Of a stretch of 64,000 nt of DNA, positions 49,393 through 60,019 are shown piece after piece. How positions within the stretch are numbered: position 1 is the first letter of the stretch; every line of letters begins with the position of its first letter. A program made the position numbers and the translations under genes. The stretch is from Camelus dromedarius (lineage: Eukaryota), in contig NC_087437.1 of NCBI RefSeq assembly GCF_036321535.1, positions 100,690,001 to 100,754,000 on the forward strand. The letters run 5' to 3'. The notes under the pieces were generated by a model. The model searched no databases, was not told the DNA's origin, and worked only from the letters and a program-made list of their open reading frames with translations.

Positions 49393-51149
49393 TCCTTCAT
49401 ACTGAAAATGAATTAACAAATGTTTATGGTGTGCATTCTATGTTTAATATTCTGCATTCAATATGAGGGCCACAAAAATGAGATTGATGTGTTTACTGCT
49501 CTCTGTAGTGGTCAAAAAAGTCAAGTCTGTATAAGAGATGGTGTGATGGAGATATGCAGAGATTGTATTTGGGAGGGATGTGAGAGACAGATGAAAATGA
49601 TGATGGTGGGCAGACATGGAGAAATCACTGTTGAGGGTACGGATGTGATCTGAGGGACAACCTTGAATTAGTGCTCGGAAGTGAGGGAATTGAGAGAATC
49701 TAGCAAATCTGTACTGTGAATTTTCCTGTAATACAGAGTGAAACTGATGTATTTATTCATCCAGTTACAGTAGGGGGAACTATTTATAACACTCCTATTT
49801 CCTACCAGAATTTGGAACCAAATGAGAGCATAAAAGCCAGGTTGGAAAGAATAAAACTGATACAAGACACAGGCTAAGTTAGACTTATCCAGTCACAGTC
49901 CCCAAGTTTGCCAAGTCTCCAGTCTTAGGAGAATTTGTCCTTGTAAATCCAGTGGCATGGAGAAACCCAGAATTTATGTGCTTGTGGATGCATTGACCAC
50001 CCCTGCCACCCCAGCCCCAACAAAGTTTCTTCCACATTCCCGTACGGAGAGAAGGGAGTGATAGGGTGGAGTAAGGGACCAGGAGTGTTATTCCACTGAA
50101 CTTCCTCATTTGTGAAACATGACCCAGAAGAGAAAACGTTCTTTTCCACCAATTCGGCAAACTTTTGCCGACAGCTAGAGGTATTCGTATCCACTCTCAA
50201 GATGTCCTCTAGGAGTAATTTAAATATGAATATGATAAAGCACAAGGGAAGCTCTTTGAGGTTTTAGAGAAACCTTGTGGTAGAAATACAGGGCTGCTGA
50301 GTTTAGCTAAACCATGTCACCCATGGAAGACTTCAGACAGGAAGTTAGTAGTCTTCTGAGGTCAGCTCTCATTCTGGTTATCGGCACCAGGAAGGCAGCC
50401 ATGGAAACAATGATCTTGACCAAAGTCGTTCTTTCAGACTGAACCCTTAGGCTTCAGTATTTCAGTCTTGGAGGCTGCTACTGATTCAATTCTAGTCCTT
50501 TTGAGTCCAGCTTAAATTGCTAAGCAATGCCAGATTCAGGCCACTTAAACTAAATGGCTTTAGAGTCTTAGGGTCATCAGTCCACTAAAAGGAAATCCTG
50601 GAACCAAGTAATTTAAAGGCATTATGAGCATGGAGTACTTTTACTGTCAGGTTAGAGGCCGAGTGCTACTACTGCCGAACTGTCTGTAGTGTTAGATACT
50701 CAGAGAACAACAGGGAGGTTCTCTGTTGAAATATGGCCTAACGTATTTCTTTTGACCTTGGACTCTTGGAGGGAAACCCAAGTGACTCACTCTACCTAGA
50801 AGATCTGATGAAAACTGTGTCTGGGTGAAAAGACACTAAAAGGCAGCTCGTTTTCAATTAATTTATCTTTAAAAGAACAAAAAATAGTTGGAATTAAAAA
50901 TTGGCACTGGCCTACACATTCAGGGTTTAAAACTTATTGTTTATTAAAAATAATTTTAATAAAATGAACATTAGCACCCATACAGCTAGTAAAGCAAAAT
51001 TTGTAGGGACCTGATTTTAAGAGTCTACTTTCCGGGTCAGTGTAGTATCAATAAATTTTAATACTATCCATAGATTTATTGTGTGTTGTTCTTGTTAAAT
51101 TTTACATGAACATCATATTAAAATGTTTGTTTATGGTTATTAGCCTATT

Positions 51150-51734
51150 TGTTCCATTGCCCATTGCTGTGAAACAAACCAGCCCAAACTTAGTGGTATA
51201 GAACCAGCTTTTATGTGCTTATGGCTTCAGTGGGTCAGGAATTTCTAAAGGGCACAGTGGGGATGACTTGTCTCTGCTCCACAATGCCTGGGGCCTCAGC
51301 TGGAAGACTCAATAGCTGGGAAGGGGGTGTAATTTGATGCCTGGGGCCTAGTATCACTGATGGCTTGTTCACTCCTTGCCCATGGGCTGGTAGGACCCAA
51401 AGTCTAGGATGGCTGACAGGTGTTCCTACCCTCGGCCTCTCTGAGTGGCTTGACTTCCTCATAGCCATGGCAGCTTACATGCAAGTTCAAGGTTCCAAGT
51501 GCAAGTGTCTCAGTGAACACAGTGGAAGCTCCCTTAGAAACCACGTGGTGCCACTCCCATCACTGCCATCGCTTCTCTCAGTTACAAGCACATCACACAC
51601 CTGCTCACATTCACGGGGGCCTGGACTTGGGCACCATCTCTCAACTGGAGGAGTGCCAAGCTTATATTGTCAAAGCAAGTGTGTGTGAGCCGGAAGATAG
51701 GTTGCAGCTGTTTTGGAAAGCGCAGTCTGTCACA
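51150..51734 (-). mobile_element. MLT1F/G-like MaLR solo LTR
   Basis: aaaccagcccaaacttagtgg...gtgggtcaggaattt...gcacagtggggatgacttgtctctgctccacaatgcctggggcctcagctgg...tttggaaagcgcagtctgtcaca. Confidence 0.85.
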
Positions 51735-53265
51735 GTGTTCATGGTGTGCATGTTAATTATCCAATTGAGAGTATCTTCCTAGCTAGTCTGTCTTGCTTAC
51801 CTGCCATTATGCACTTGGGACCTATTGAGGGAAAAAAAAATTTTTCTTTATGGTCGAAAAAGAAATGAAACTACATATTCTAATAATAGTGATGAAAATA
51901 ACAAATATATTGAACAATGATACTTTTATTATTCAGCTCACTGGTAACATTATAGACATATTCCATTAAAAATTCCATTTATACATATCTCTGTGAAGAC
52001 TTTATTTCTCTTTCTTTAGGCAGGTTGTCAGACAAACAGCAGATGGCCTGCCCATAATGCATTTGGGCAGATGTTCTCATTTGGGCCATAACATGTGAAT
52101 AAAAAATGTCATATTCCAAGCTATCTCATCATCTGCAGTAATTACTGGATAAAGTCCAATGTGTACACAGGTCTTTTATAGCTATGTGTTGTATTGGATG
52201 GACCTAGTATTGGAGGCTTGGCTTGTGGTAACACTATTTTGCTAAGTTTCAGAATGGGTTATATCACTCTATTCAATTTGATATTTATCAAATGATCATA
52301 ATCTATATACTTTTTTGTATATAGAATTTAAGCATAAGGTTAATAAAATTATTTTATTAGTTCCAATCTTCTGGTTTTATCATTTTTAAAGATTATGTTG
52401 CCAAAATAAGTGCCTATAATTATTGTATCTTATAGTGAAATAGAGAACTGAAAATAAACCTATTCTACAAAAGAAGTGGGAAAAAAAGATGACAATAAAT
52501 TGGGCAATTAGTGGAAATATTGAGATGATTTTACAGTGTGTTTTATTTGAGGACTTATTTCAATCATGTAAGACTCCAAGAGTTTTTTGTTGTTTTTTTT
52601 TTCTGAAAATTCAGCTGTTTGTCAATAGTGGAACTTCTAGAGATGTTAGAAGTAAGTTTTGGAGTGGTGGGAGTGAAAATGGAAGACAATTACTCCATTT
52701 CATAAAAGAGGAGGACATTCAGAGTCTGACATACAACAGGTTTCTTGTAGAACATTTTCTTTCTTTCAATCTTGAATACCATTCAATCACTCGTATTTTT
52801 CTTTATCCAACCTCCACAGTTTGATGAAGAAGGCCCCTTTTGGCATCTGCCTGAAACTTTAAAAGGGGGAACAGAAGGTGCTGCATATAAAAAATCCTTA
52901 TTGGTGTTGCTTCACTCAGTATAAGACAGAAGCAGAGATTATTCAAAAGACTTAATTAGAAGACAGACTCTCTTGTGTTGCTTTGCACCTGCATCTTCCA
53001 TTTACATTTTCTATTCACTTCACCTACATACTCAGGCAGTACTGCTGAGAAAATGCCATTTTAAGAAAAGCAAGCATCAGAATATATATTTACTCTTCAA
53101 CTTTATTAGTGTATTATGCATCTAGGCAAATGATGTGTAGTATATATCACAAGTAGATTCATTTTTTTTACAGACATTTTGGCCGTGTGTTCTGGCTTTT
53201 GTTTTCACTGCTATTTCTTAAATGTGACTCCATTAACCAGCGAGTTTGTATATTTTAGTTCAGAG

Positions 53266-53420
53266 CAGTGGTTCTCCATTGCAGGCAATTTTGACCCACA
53301 GGGGACATTTGACAGTGTCTGGAGGCAGTTTTGTTTGTCATATTGGGGTTGGGGGCAGGGGGGTGGGGTGAGAGTGCTCCCGGCATCTAGTGGGTAGGGG
53401 TCAGGGAGGCTGCTGCATAT
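53266..53420 (+). mobile_element. MER20 hAT-Charlie, 5' part
   Basis: cagtggttctcc...gcaattttgacccacaggggacatttgacagtgtctggagg...ggcatctagtgggtaggggtcagggaggctgctgcatat. Confidence 0.85.
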
Positions 53421-53426
53421 ACATGC

Positions 53427-53558
53427 CAGTTACTGCATTTCACGAGAGAGGAAAATTTTCAAGTCTCATGCACAGTAGGTTTTTGTGTAGAACATTTTCT
53501 TTCTTTCAATCTTGGAATACCGATCATTCGTACTTTCTTTATCCGACCTCCACAGTTT
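53427..53558 (+). repeat. ~132-bp diverged direct duplicate of 52687-52822
   Basis: Shares a 29-bp exact run tgtagaacattttctttctttcaatcttg and colinear flanks ending acctccacagttt. Confidence 0.9.
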
Positions 53559-53611
53559 CTCTGCCAAACATTTGTGTTTAAACATGCTCTAAAATCTTTC
53601 TTGCCTGACGT

Positions 53612-53710
53612 CAATTTCTCAACCATGGCTCTGTTGACATTTCGTGCTAGTTAATTCTTTGTCAGTGTTTTTTTTTTTGTGGGGGTCACTTTCCTGTCCT
53701 ATATGGGATT
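53612..53710 (-). mobile_element. MER20 3' part, inverted relative to 53266-53420
   Basis: caatttctcaaccatggctctgttgacattt...taattctttgt...cctgtcctatatgggat is the reverse complement of the MER20 3' third. Compare the intact minus-strand MER20 at 58490. Confidence 0.7.
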
Positions 53711-54086
53711 GGCATTTAAGGTGGGAAATGGTGATGATTTAACATGGGAAGCGCTCAAAAATTGGCCTAGTTTATTCCCCTCCACCGCCATTGAAAGTTT
53801 TCTGCTGTATTGGGATAATGTCTTTTTTTCCCAAAAGAAGCCTCATCAGATATTGAAAATGCTTAGTTTTGCAGGCTAACTTCAAATATTATTGGAGTAA
53901 ATTTCCACACAAATGACTTGATTGTTAAACCTGACTTGATTGTTAAAAAAAAAAGAACTTACACAGTATTGTATGTCATTTATATCTCAATAAAACTGGC
54001 AAAAAATTAAAACATTGGAAAAAAAGAATGAAAATATAAGGGGCCAATTTTTGACAGCTTCCTTATTTGGGCTTTGTGTCCAGATT

Positions 54087-54572
54087 GTGGTAGGTACGTG
54101 GAGGTAACCAAGAGGTCTGTGTTGTAATTCTCAAAACTTGTGAGTCTGTTACTTTAAATGTTAAAAGGGGCTTTGCGCATGTGATTGAGATTAAGGACCT
54201 TGCGCTGGGCGTTATCCAGGTGGGCTCTATCTAATCACGCGAGTCTTTAAGAAGGGAGCACCTTTCCCAGCTCAGTTAGATGGATGGCAGTGTGGGAAGG
54301 CCCCGACTTGCTGTGGTTGGCTTTGAAGATGGTAAAGAGCTACGAACCAAGGAACGCAGATAGCTTCCAGAAGCTGGACGAGGTAAGGAAATGGATTCTT
54401 CACTACAGTCTCCAGAAAGGGAAACTTCCTTGCTTTTAGCCCAGGGGGACCCTCTTCAGACTTTGTACCTACAGGCCTGTAAGCTAAAAAACAAACAAAC
54501 GAACAAAACGGCATTTATTTAAGCAATTAACTTTGTGGTAATCTGTTACAGTAGCAATAGGGAACTAATACC
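54087..54572 (+). mobile_element. MLT1D-like MaLR solo LTR
   Basis: tgtggtagg...gattaaggacctt...ggctttgaagatgg...tttgtggtaatctgttacagtagcaatagggaactaatac. Confidence 0.85.
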
Positions 54573-54954
54573 AGTATTTTATTTATATATCTTATTTAAT
54601 CGTTTCAGCAGCCCTAGGAGGAAGGGAAATGAATGTCTGGAGAAAGACACACAAGGTCACCCGCTAGCGGGTTGGAGGACAAGGTCTCAAAGGCAGGTGC
54701 AGTTAAATTTAAAGCTGATGCTCTTAAAACTGACCTCGAAATTATTGTCTAGGTGAAAGCTGATTACTCCTTTTCTAAAGTACAAAATACTCTATCTTTG
54801 GTCCTTATTCTCTTTATAAAGTGTGAGCTCTGTGATTAGCTGGAACAGAGAATTGCTTTCTGGAATTTGGAGAGTTCAGTGTCATCTGGGAAAAGGGAGG
54901 GCGTATTTTCATCAATTTATATCAGCTCTTTTTTAAAATGTAAAAAAACAGTAC

Positions 54955-55430
54955 TTAAAACTCCTTGACTTCCAGCGAAGTCGTATTGAGGCCTGCAAAG
55001 CTCTGTGGCGTCTTCCCGAGCCCCCGTCGTGCAGCTGCTGCTCATTTCTCCCCATTCTCTCTCTACACGTCACACCTTCTGCTTGGTGCTTCAGCCAGTA
55101 GAACTTTTAGTTCCTTAAATCAATCATGCTCTTAATTTTTGCTTTTACTCCCCCTACCCCATTCCTTGACATGCTGTTTGCTCAGACTGCAACATATTTT
55201 GCACTCTTTCATGTTACTTTGTACTTGTTCAAGTCTCAGCTTCTTATCATTTGATTCCTCTGGGAACTCTATCCCCCCCTGCCCCCCACCCCCAAGACAG
55301 GGTGCTTCTACTGCGCTTTACTGAACCTTTCTTCAGAGGCTATTTTCCCAGTGTAATTTCCCTTTGCCTTGTCTGCTTCTCCCTCTAGGCTGAAAGTTCC
55401 CCAGGATCAGATTGTGTCTGCTCACTGGTA
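54955..55430 (+). mobile_element. L2 fragment
   Basis: aaactccttg...aggcctgcaaagctctgtgg...cttgtctgcttctccctctaggctgaaagttccccaggatcagattgtgtctgctcactg. Confidence 0.55.
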
Positions 55431-55449
55431 AATATTTCTTTAAAAAAAA

Positions 55450-56430
55450 AAACATTTTTGAAATATAGCTTAGAACTGAAAAGGCACAAATCCTAAGTGT
55501 ACGGCTGGTTGAGTTTTAAGAAAATAACATACACATGTAACCAGTAACTACCATTCAGATGAAGATACTGTTGACTTCCCAGAAGCACACCACCACCTTC
55601 TCCCTCTCAGCCTCTGAATCACCGTCCCCTCCCCAACTGCACTCTCCAAAGACAGTCGCTATCCTGACTTATAATGCCGTGAATCAGTCTTGCCTGTTGT
55701 ATTAGTTTGCTAGGACTGCTGTAACCAAGTGCCACAAACCGGCTGGCTTCAACAACAGCAATTTATTGCCTCAGTTCTGAAGGCTAGAGGTGGAAGATCA
55801 AGGTGTCTACAGTGTTGGTTCCTAGTGGAAGCTGTGAGGGAGGATCTAATCTGTCCATGCCTTTCCCCTGGCTCCTGATGGTTTGCAGGAGCATTGCATT
55901 CTTTGGCTTGTAGAAGCATCACCCGGATCTCTGCCTTCATCTTCACGTGGCATGTGTGTATGTATGTGTGTATGTCTCTGTGTGCAAATTTCCCCTATCA
56001 TAAGGACACATCCTATTGGATTAGGGGCTCAGGCTACTCCAGTTTAACTTCATCTTAATTACATCTATAACGACCCTATTGACAAATAAGCTCATGTTCT
56101 GAGATACAGGAGGTTAGGACTTCAACATTATGCATAGGGGTGGGGGCCGCAATTCAACCCATAACACCTGTTCTTGAAGTTCTATTTTAAGTAAATAGAA
56201 CATATACAATGTGTTCTGGTCTTCTTTGACTCAGTATTGTGTTCATGTGATTTGTCCATATCATCATGTGTATCAGTGATTCATTTTCATTACTATTCTG
56301 TGTTTTGTTCACTGCCCACACACATATATTGATCCATTCTACTGTTGAAGGATGTTGGAGTATTTATGGCTTGGGACCATTGCAAATAGTGCTGCTGTGA
56401 AAATTTTTATATATGACTTTTGGTACATGT
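55450..56430 (-). mobile_element. Old L1 3' region (L1ME/MC-like) interrupted by an MLT1C LTR
   Basis: tttttgaaatatagcttag...cacaaatcctaagtgtac...gctatcctgactt on the left; cttctttgactcagtattgtgttcatgtgatttgtccat...ttgcaaatagtgctgctgtgaa on the right. Confidence 0.7.
55698..56166 (-). mobile_element. MLT1C-like MaLR solo LTR with perfect 5-bp TSD
   Basis: tgtattagtttgctaggactgc...caattcaacccataaca, with TSD cctgt at 55693-55697 and 56167-56171. Confidence 0.92.
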
Positions 56431-57829
56431 ATATAAGTAAGTATTTATTGAATAGATGAGTCCTTATGAGGCAGCTAAAGTATTTTCTTAAAGAGCTTTA
56501 CTAAATGAGCAAATGTCAGAGTTTGGAAGGGAAAAATCAAGTGTTTCTCCAATTATGTTTTTTGGAATATTACTTCTACAGGATCTTAATGAATGCCATT
56601 TTTTAAGAGTTACATGGCCTGGAAATATTCGATTGGATAAAGAAAGACATTTTGTTTGTTCTTCTTAGTTATACTGCAGGATTTCTTTTCTTTTTTTTTT
56701 TTTTTTTAGAACTTTAAAATGCTAATACGAGTTGTCTCTCCTAGAGAGTGATGTGAAAGGCAGTATTTCTCAAGTTTGCTTGACAGGAAACATCTTTTTG
56801 TTTTGAGCAGGATATAGCTAGGGACCAAAATTTCACTAGGCTCTACTCTGTATTTCCTTACTAAATAGGTTCTGGATCTTTTTTTCCCCAAATGGTATGT
56901 ATCATGAGCTCTTCTGATAAATTACTCAAACCTTAGAGTCTCAGGAGGGTAAAAATATGGTTTGGATCCTAGTTCATCTACTCACTGAATTTTTATGCTG
57001 AGACTTTTGTTTGCTTGTTTGGAGGGTAGCTTAAATTTCTTGAAGAATTGTTTATACTTCAATGATAAACCATATTTGTATAGGGGCTTCTCTTTATTCA
57101 CAGGTTTTCTGTGATAAAAGAGCTGTCTCGCTAAAAGAGAAGGCTCAAGACTCAGCGAGAATGGTGATCAATCAGCCAGGGCAAAGCACATGCAATAGCT
57201 TTACTGATCGGGGTGTGATTAATGCTTAAAAAGGAGAAGCAACCCCATTTCAATTCCCTCCTCAACTTTATTCTTAGCCGCACAAATGATTAAATGCTTG
57301 CAGGAGGAGTTGTTTCTATTGTATGTATTTAAAGAATTAAATTTTAATTACCAAATGCATTAAACCTGTACATTAATTAAGTGGTTTCAGGTTGCAGTGG
57401 TAGGCATCAGCACTTTTCCTGAGGTCTCATTTTGCTGACTGCAGTCTGAATGGAAGCTCGTCCCAGACAGAGGCAACAGGACCAGGGCTGCCAAACAGCA
57501 CGGGGGCCAAACAAAAGGGCTTGCACCCCAATTAAGTTAAAAGTCTCTGAGCTTATCCTGCATTCCAGATGGCAAGTAAATTCAAATCTACAGGAGAGAT
57601 TTAATTAAAATACTTTGATTGCAAGCGTGAAGCCAGGAATTCAATTTCAAGCAAGCACAAAAAAATGCAGTGGCACTTAAAAATGAGTGCAGTCAAAGTA
57701 GGATCTAGACCATAGCTAAAAGTCAGGGATCTGATATCCAATAATACTCTTCATTCTGTACTCTGCTATCTAGACAACTTAGAAATCTGTTTCTTTAGGC
57801 TGGTGTAGTCATTTCATTTTTTTGTTTGT

Positions 57830-58290
57830 TTTTCGTGGTTAAAAGCAAAGACTTTGGAATTAGACAAATCTGGTTCCAAGTGTTAGGCTTAGCAATCACT
57901 AACTCTATGATTTCACTTCTCCCTGAGCCTCTGTTTACTGAACTATTGGATGAGAGATGATGCTGATGTCATAAGACTGAGGATTGAATGATAAATATTC
58001 TAAGTGTATATCACTAGTCCTGGTCTTTTCACAGCTCCATACTTGTCTGTCCAACTTGGATTTGTTGGATTACCATCTCCACTTAGATTTGTGATAGGCA
58101 CCTCAAACTTAAATTGACTAAAATGAAACTGTTGATTATCCCAAACACAGAAGTCTGTTCTCCAGTTCTCCTCCTTTCAGTAATGGTTCCACCATCCGTT
58201 AGGCTAGTGAAGCCAAAAATCCAGGAAGTTATCATTGTTCCTCCCTTTCCATCATCTCTTATAAGCAATTCTGTTATTCTACCCCTGATA
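57830..58290 (+). mobile_element. MIR fragment followed by an L2 fragment
   Basis: MIR: gtggttaaaagcaaagactttggaattagacaaatctgg...ctgagcctctgttt. L2: tccaacttgg...ccatctccacttagatttgtgataggcacctcaaacttaa. Confidence 0.7.
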
Positions 58291-58293
58291 TGT

Positions 58294-58447
58294 ACTGTTG
58301 GCCCTCCATATTCCCAGGTTTCACATCTGTGAGGTGGTGGGCACACTGTTCTAAGCCATTTTATATAAGGGACTTGAGCATCCTGGATTTTAGTATCCTT
58401 GAGGTGGAGGTGGGGGGCAATCATCTGTAGACGCTGGAGGATGACTG
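58294..58447 (+). mobile_element. MER2-like TcMar-Tigger deletion derivative
   Basis: ctgttggccctccatattcccaggtttcacatctgtg...ccattttatataagggacttgagcatcctggattttagtatcc...gaggatgactg. Confidence 0.7.
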
Positions 58448-58489
58448 CTTTGAAGATGCCCGTTTCTTTCCATTGCCATTACACTGACC

Positions 58490-58699
58490 CAGTGTTTCCT
58501 CAAGCTTGGTACTATTGATATCCTGGACCAAATAATTCTTCATTGTGGAGATTGTCCTGTACATTTAAAGATGTTTAACAGCATCCCTGGCCTCTACCCA
58601 CTAGATGTGAGTAGCGCCTCCCCAGCTGTGAATCCAAAATATCTCCAGACGTTGGCAATTGTCCTCTGGGGAGGAAATCAATCCCCGTTAAGAATTGCT
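58490..58699 (-). mobile_element. MER20 hAT-Charlie, near full length
   Basis: cagtgtttcctcaagcttggtactattgatatcc...cagcatccctggcctctacccactagatg...tgtcctctggggagg...ttaagaattgctg. Confidence 0.88.
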
Positions 58700-58899
58700 G
58701 CACTCACGTAAGTCGTCATTAAATCTTGACATGTAAAATTAATTATCACAAAGCTGCTTCAGGCATTTTATGTTTTTTATTTGATCCATTTAGATTTTTG
58801 TTATATAATTCAGTATTTCAAGTAAAGATAAGTTTGCCTTCTTTCATCTTTAAAAATTTTTATTCTGGTATCTATTTCTGCATTTAAAAAACCTTTGAT

Positions 58900-59275
58900 T
58901 TAATTTAATACAGCAGTAACACTTATTTTGCTCAAGAACCTGCAGTTTGGGCAGTAGTTGGCAAGAACACCGCATCTCTGCTTTACTCATGGCAACAGAA
59001 GTGGCTAGAAGCCTGGGCAGTAGACCTCTTTGCAGCGTGGTGGCTGACTTCCAAGAGTGAGAGTCTCAAGAGGGAGAGAATCAGATGAAAGCCAAACTGC
59101 CTTTTAGAACCTAACCTCAGAATTCATAGTGTCACTTCTGAGTTACTCCCCAGGAGAATCACAAAAAACTACCAAGTTTCAAGGACAGGAAAAAATCTCC
59201 ACCTCTTGATGAAGGTATGACAAAATCCTAGAAGGGTGTGTGGGATTAAAATGACTGCTATCTGCATTTTTTTTT
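58900..59275 (-). mobile_element. MLT1G/H-like MaLR LTR fragment
   Basis: ttattttgctcaagaacctgcagtttgggcag...cttttagaacctaacctcagaattcatagtgtcacttctg...ctccacctcttgatg. Confidence 0.7.
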
Positions 59276-59379
59276 GACGATACTACCTCCACACTATTTC
59301 AAGATGAATATTAAGTAGGAAGTTAAGTTGGAAGTTTTTGTCTCGTTAACTTTAATGAGAACGTGCATTGTTTTTCTTT

Positions 59380-59965
59380 TTTGTATATAACTTATCACAG
59401 ACAGGGCTTAAAACAAATTCTGGACTCAGTTTAGCTGGATTCTCTGCTCGGAGTTTCACAAGGCAGAAATTAAGTGATTAGCCAGGCTGCATCCTTCCTG
59501 GAACTGGAAGTCCTCTTTAGCTCATGTGATTGTTGGTAGAAATCAGTTTTTAGTGGTTGCAGGACTGAGGACTCCTGTTCTCTTTTGGTTGTCCGCTGGT
59601 GGCAGCTCTCAGCTCCTAGGGGCTGCCTGAAGTTCCTGCCAGGAGGTCCCCTCCCCCACCAATATACTCTTTCATGCTTCAGATTTTTTTTTTCTTTCCA
59701 GGAAGGTGCTAGGTGCTGTTAAGGGCTCACAGGATTAGGACAGGCCCACTTGAATAATCTCCCTTTCTATGAGCTCAAAATCAACTGATGAGTAACATTA
59801 ATTGTACATGCAAAACCCCTTTTATAACATAGTCAAGGGAATGACATCCCATTATGTGATCATGTTTACAGATTCTGCCCACATTCAGTGAAAGGGAATT
59901 ATGCAAGATATGTACATTAAGGGAGCAGAAATCTTAAGTTCCATCTTGGAACTCTGCCAACCACA
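59380..59965 (-). mobile_element. MLT1E-like MaLR LTR
   Basis: ggattctctgctcggagtttcacaaggcagaaattaag...ttaagggctcacaggattaggacaggcccac...ccatcttggaactctgccaaccaca. Confidence 0.8.
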
Positions 59966-60019
59966 GAGTTTATGATTCCCCATTAAACATGCTGACTCTG
60001 GTTTTGACATGTGTCGGTC

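Noticed and set aside
57104..57230. Acceptor tctctttattcacAG followed by 41 open codons (VFCDKRAVSLKEKAQD…)
   Set aside because: No convincing donor or protein similarity. The region is better explained as non-coding regulatory DNA.
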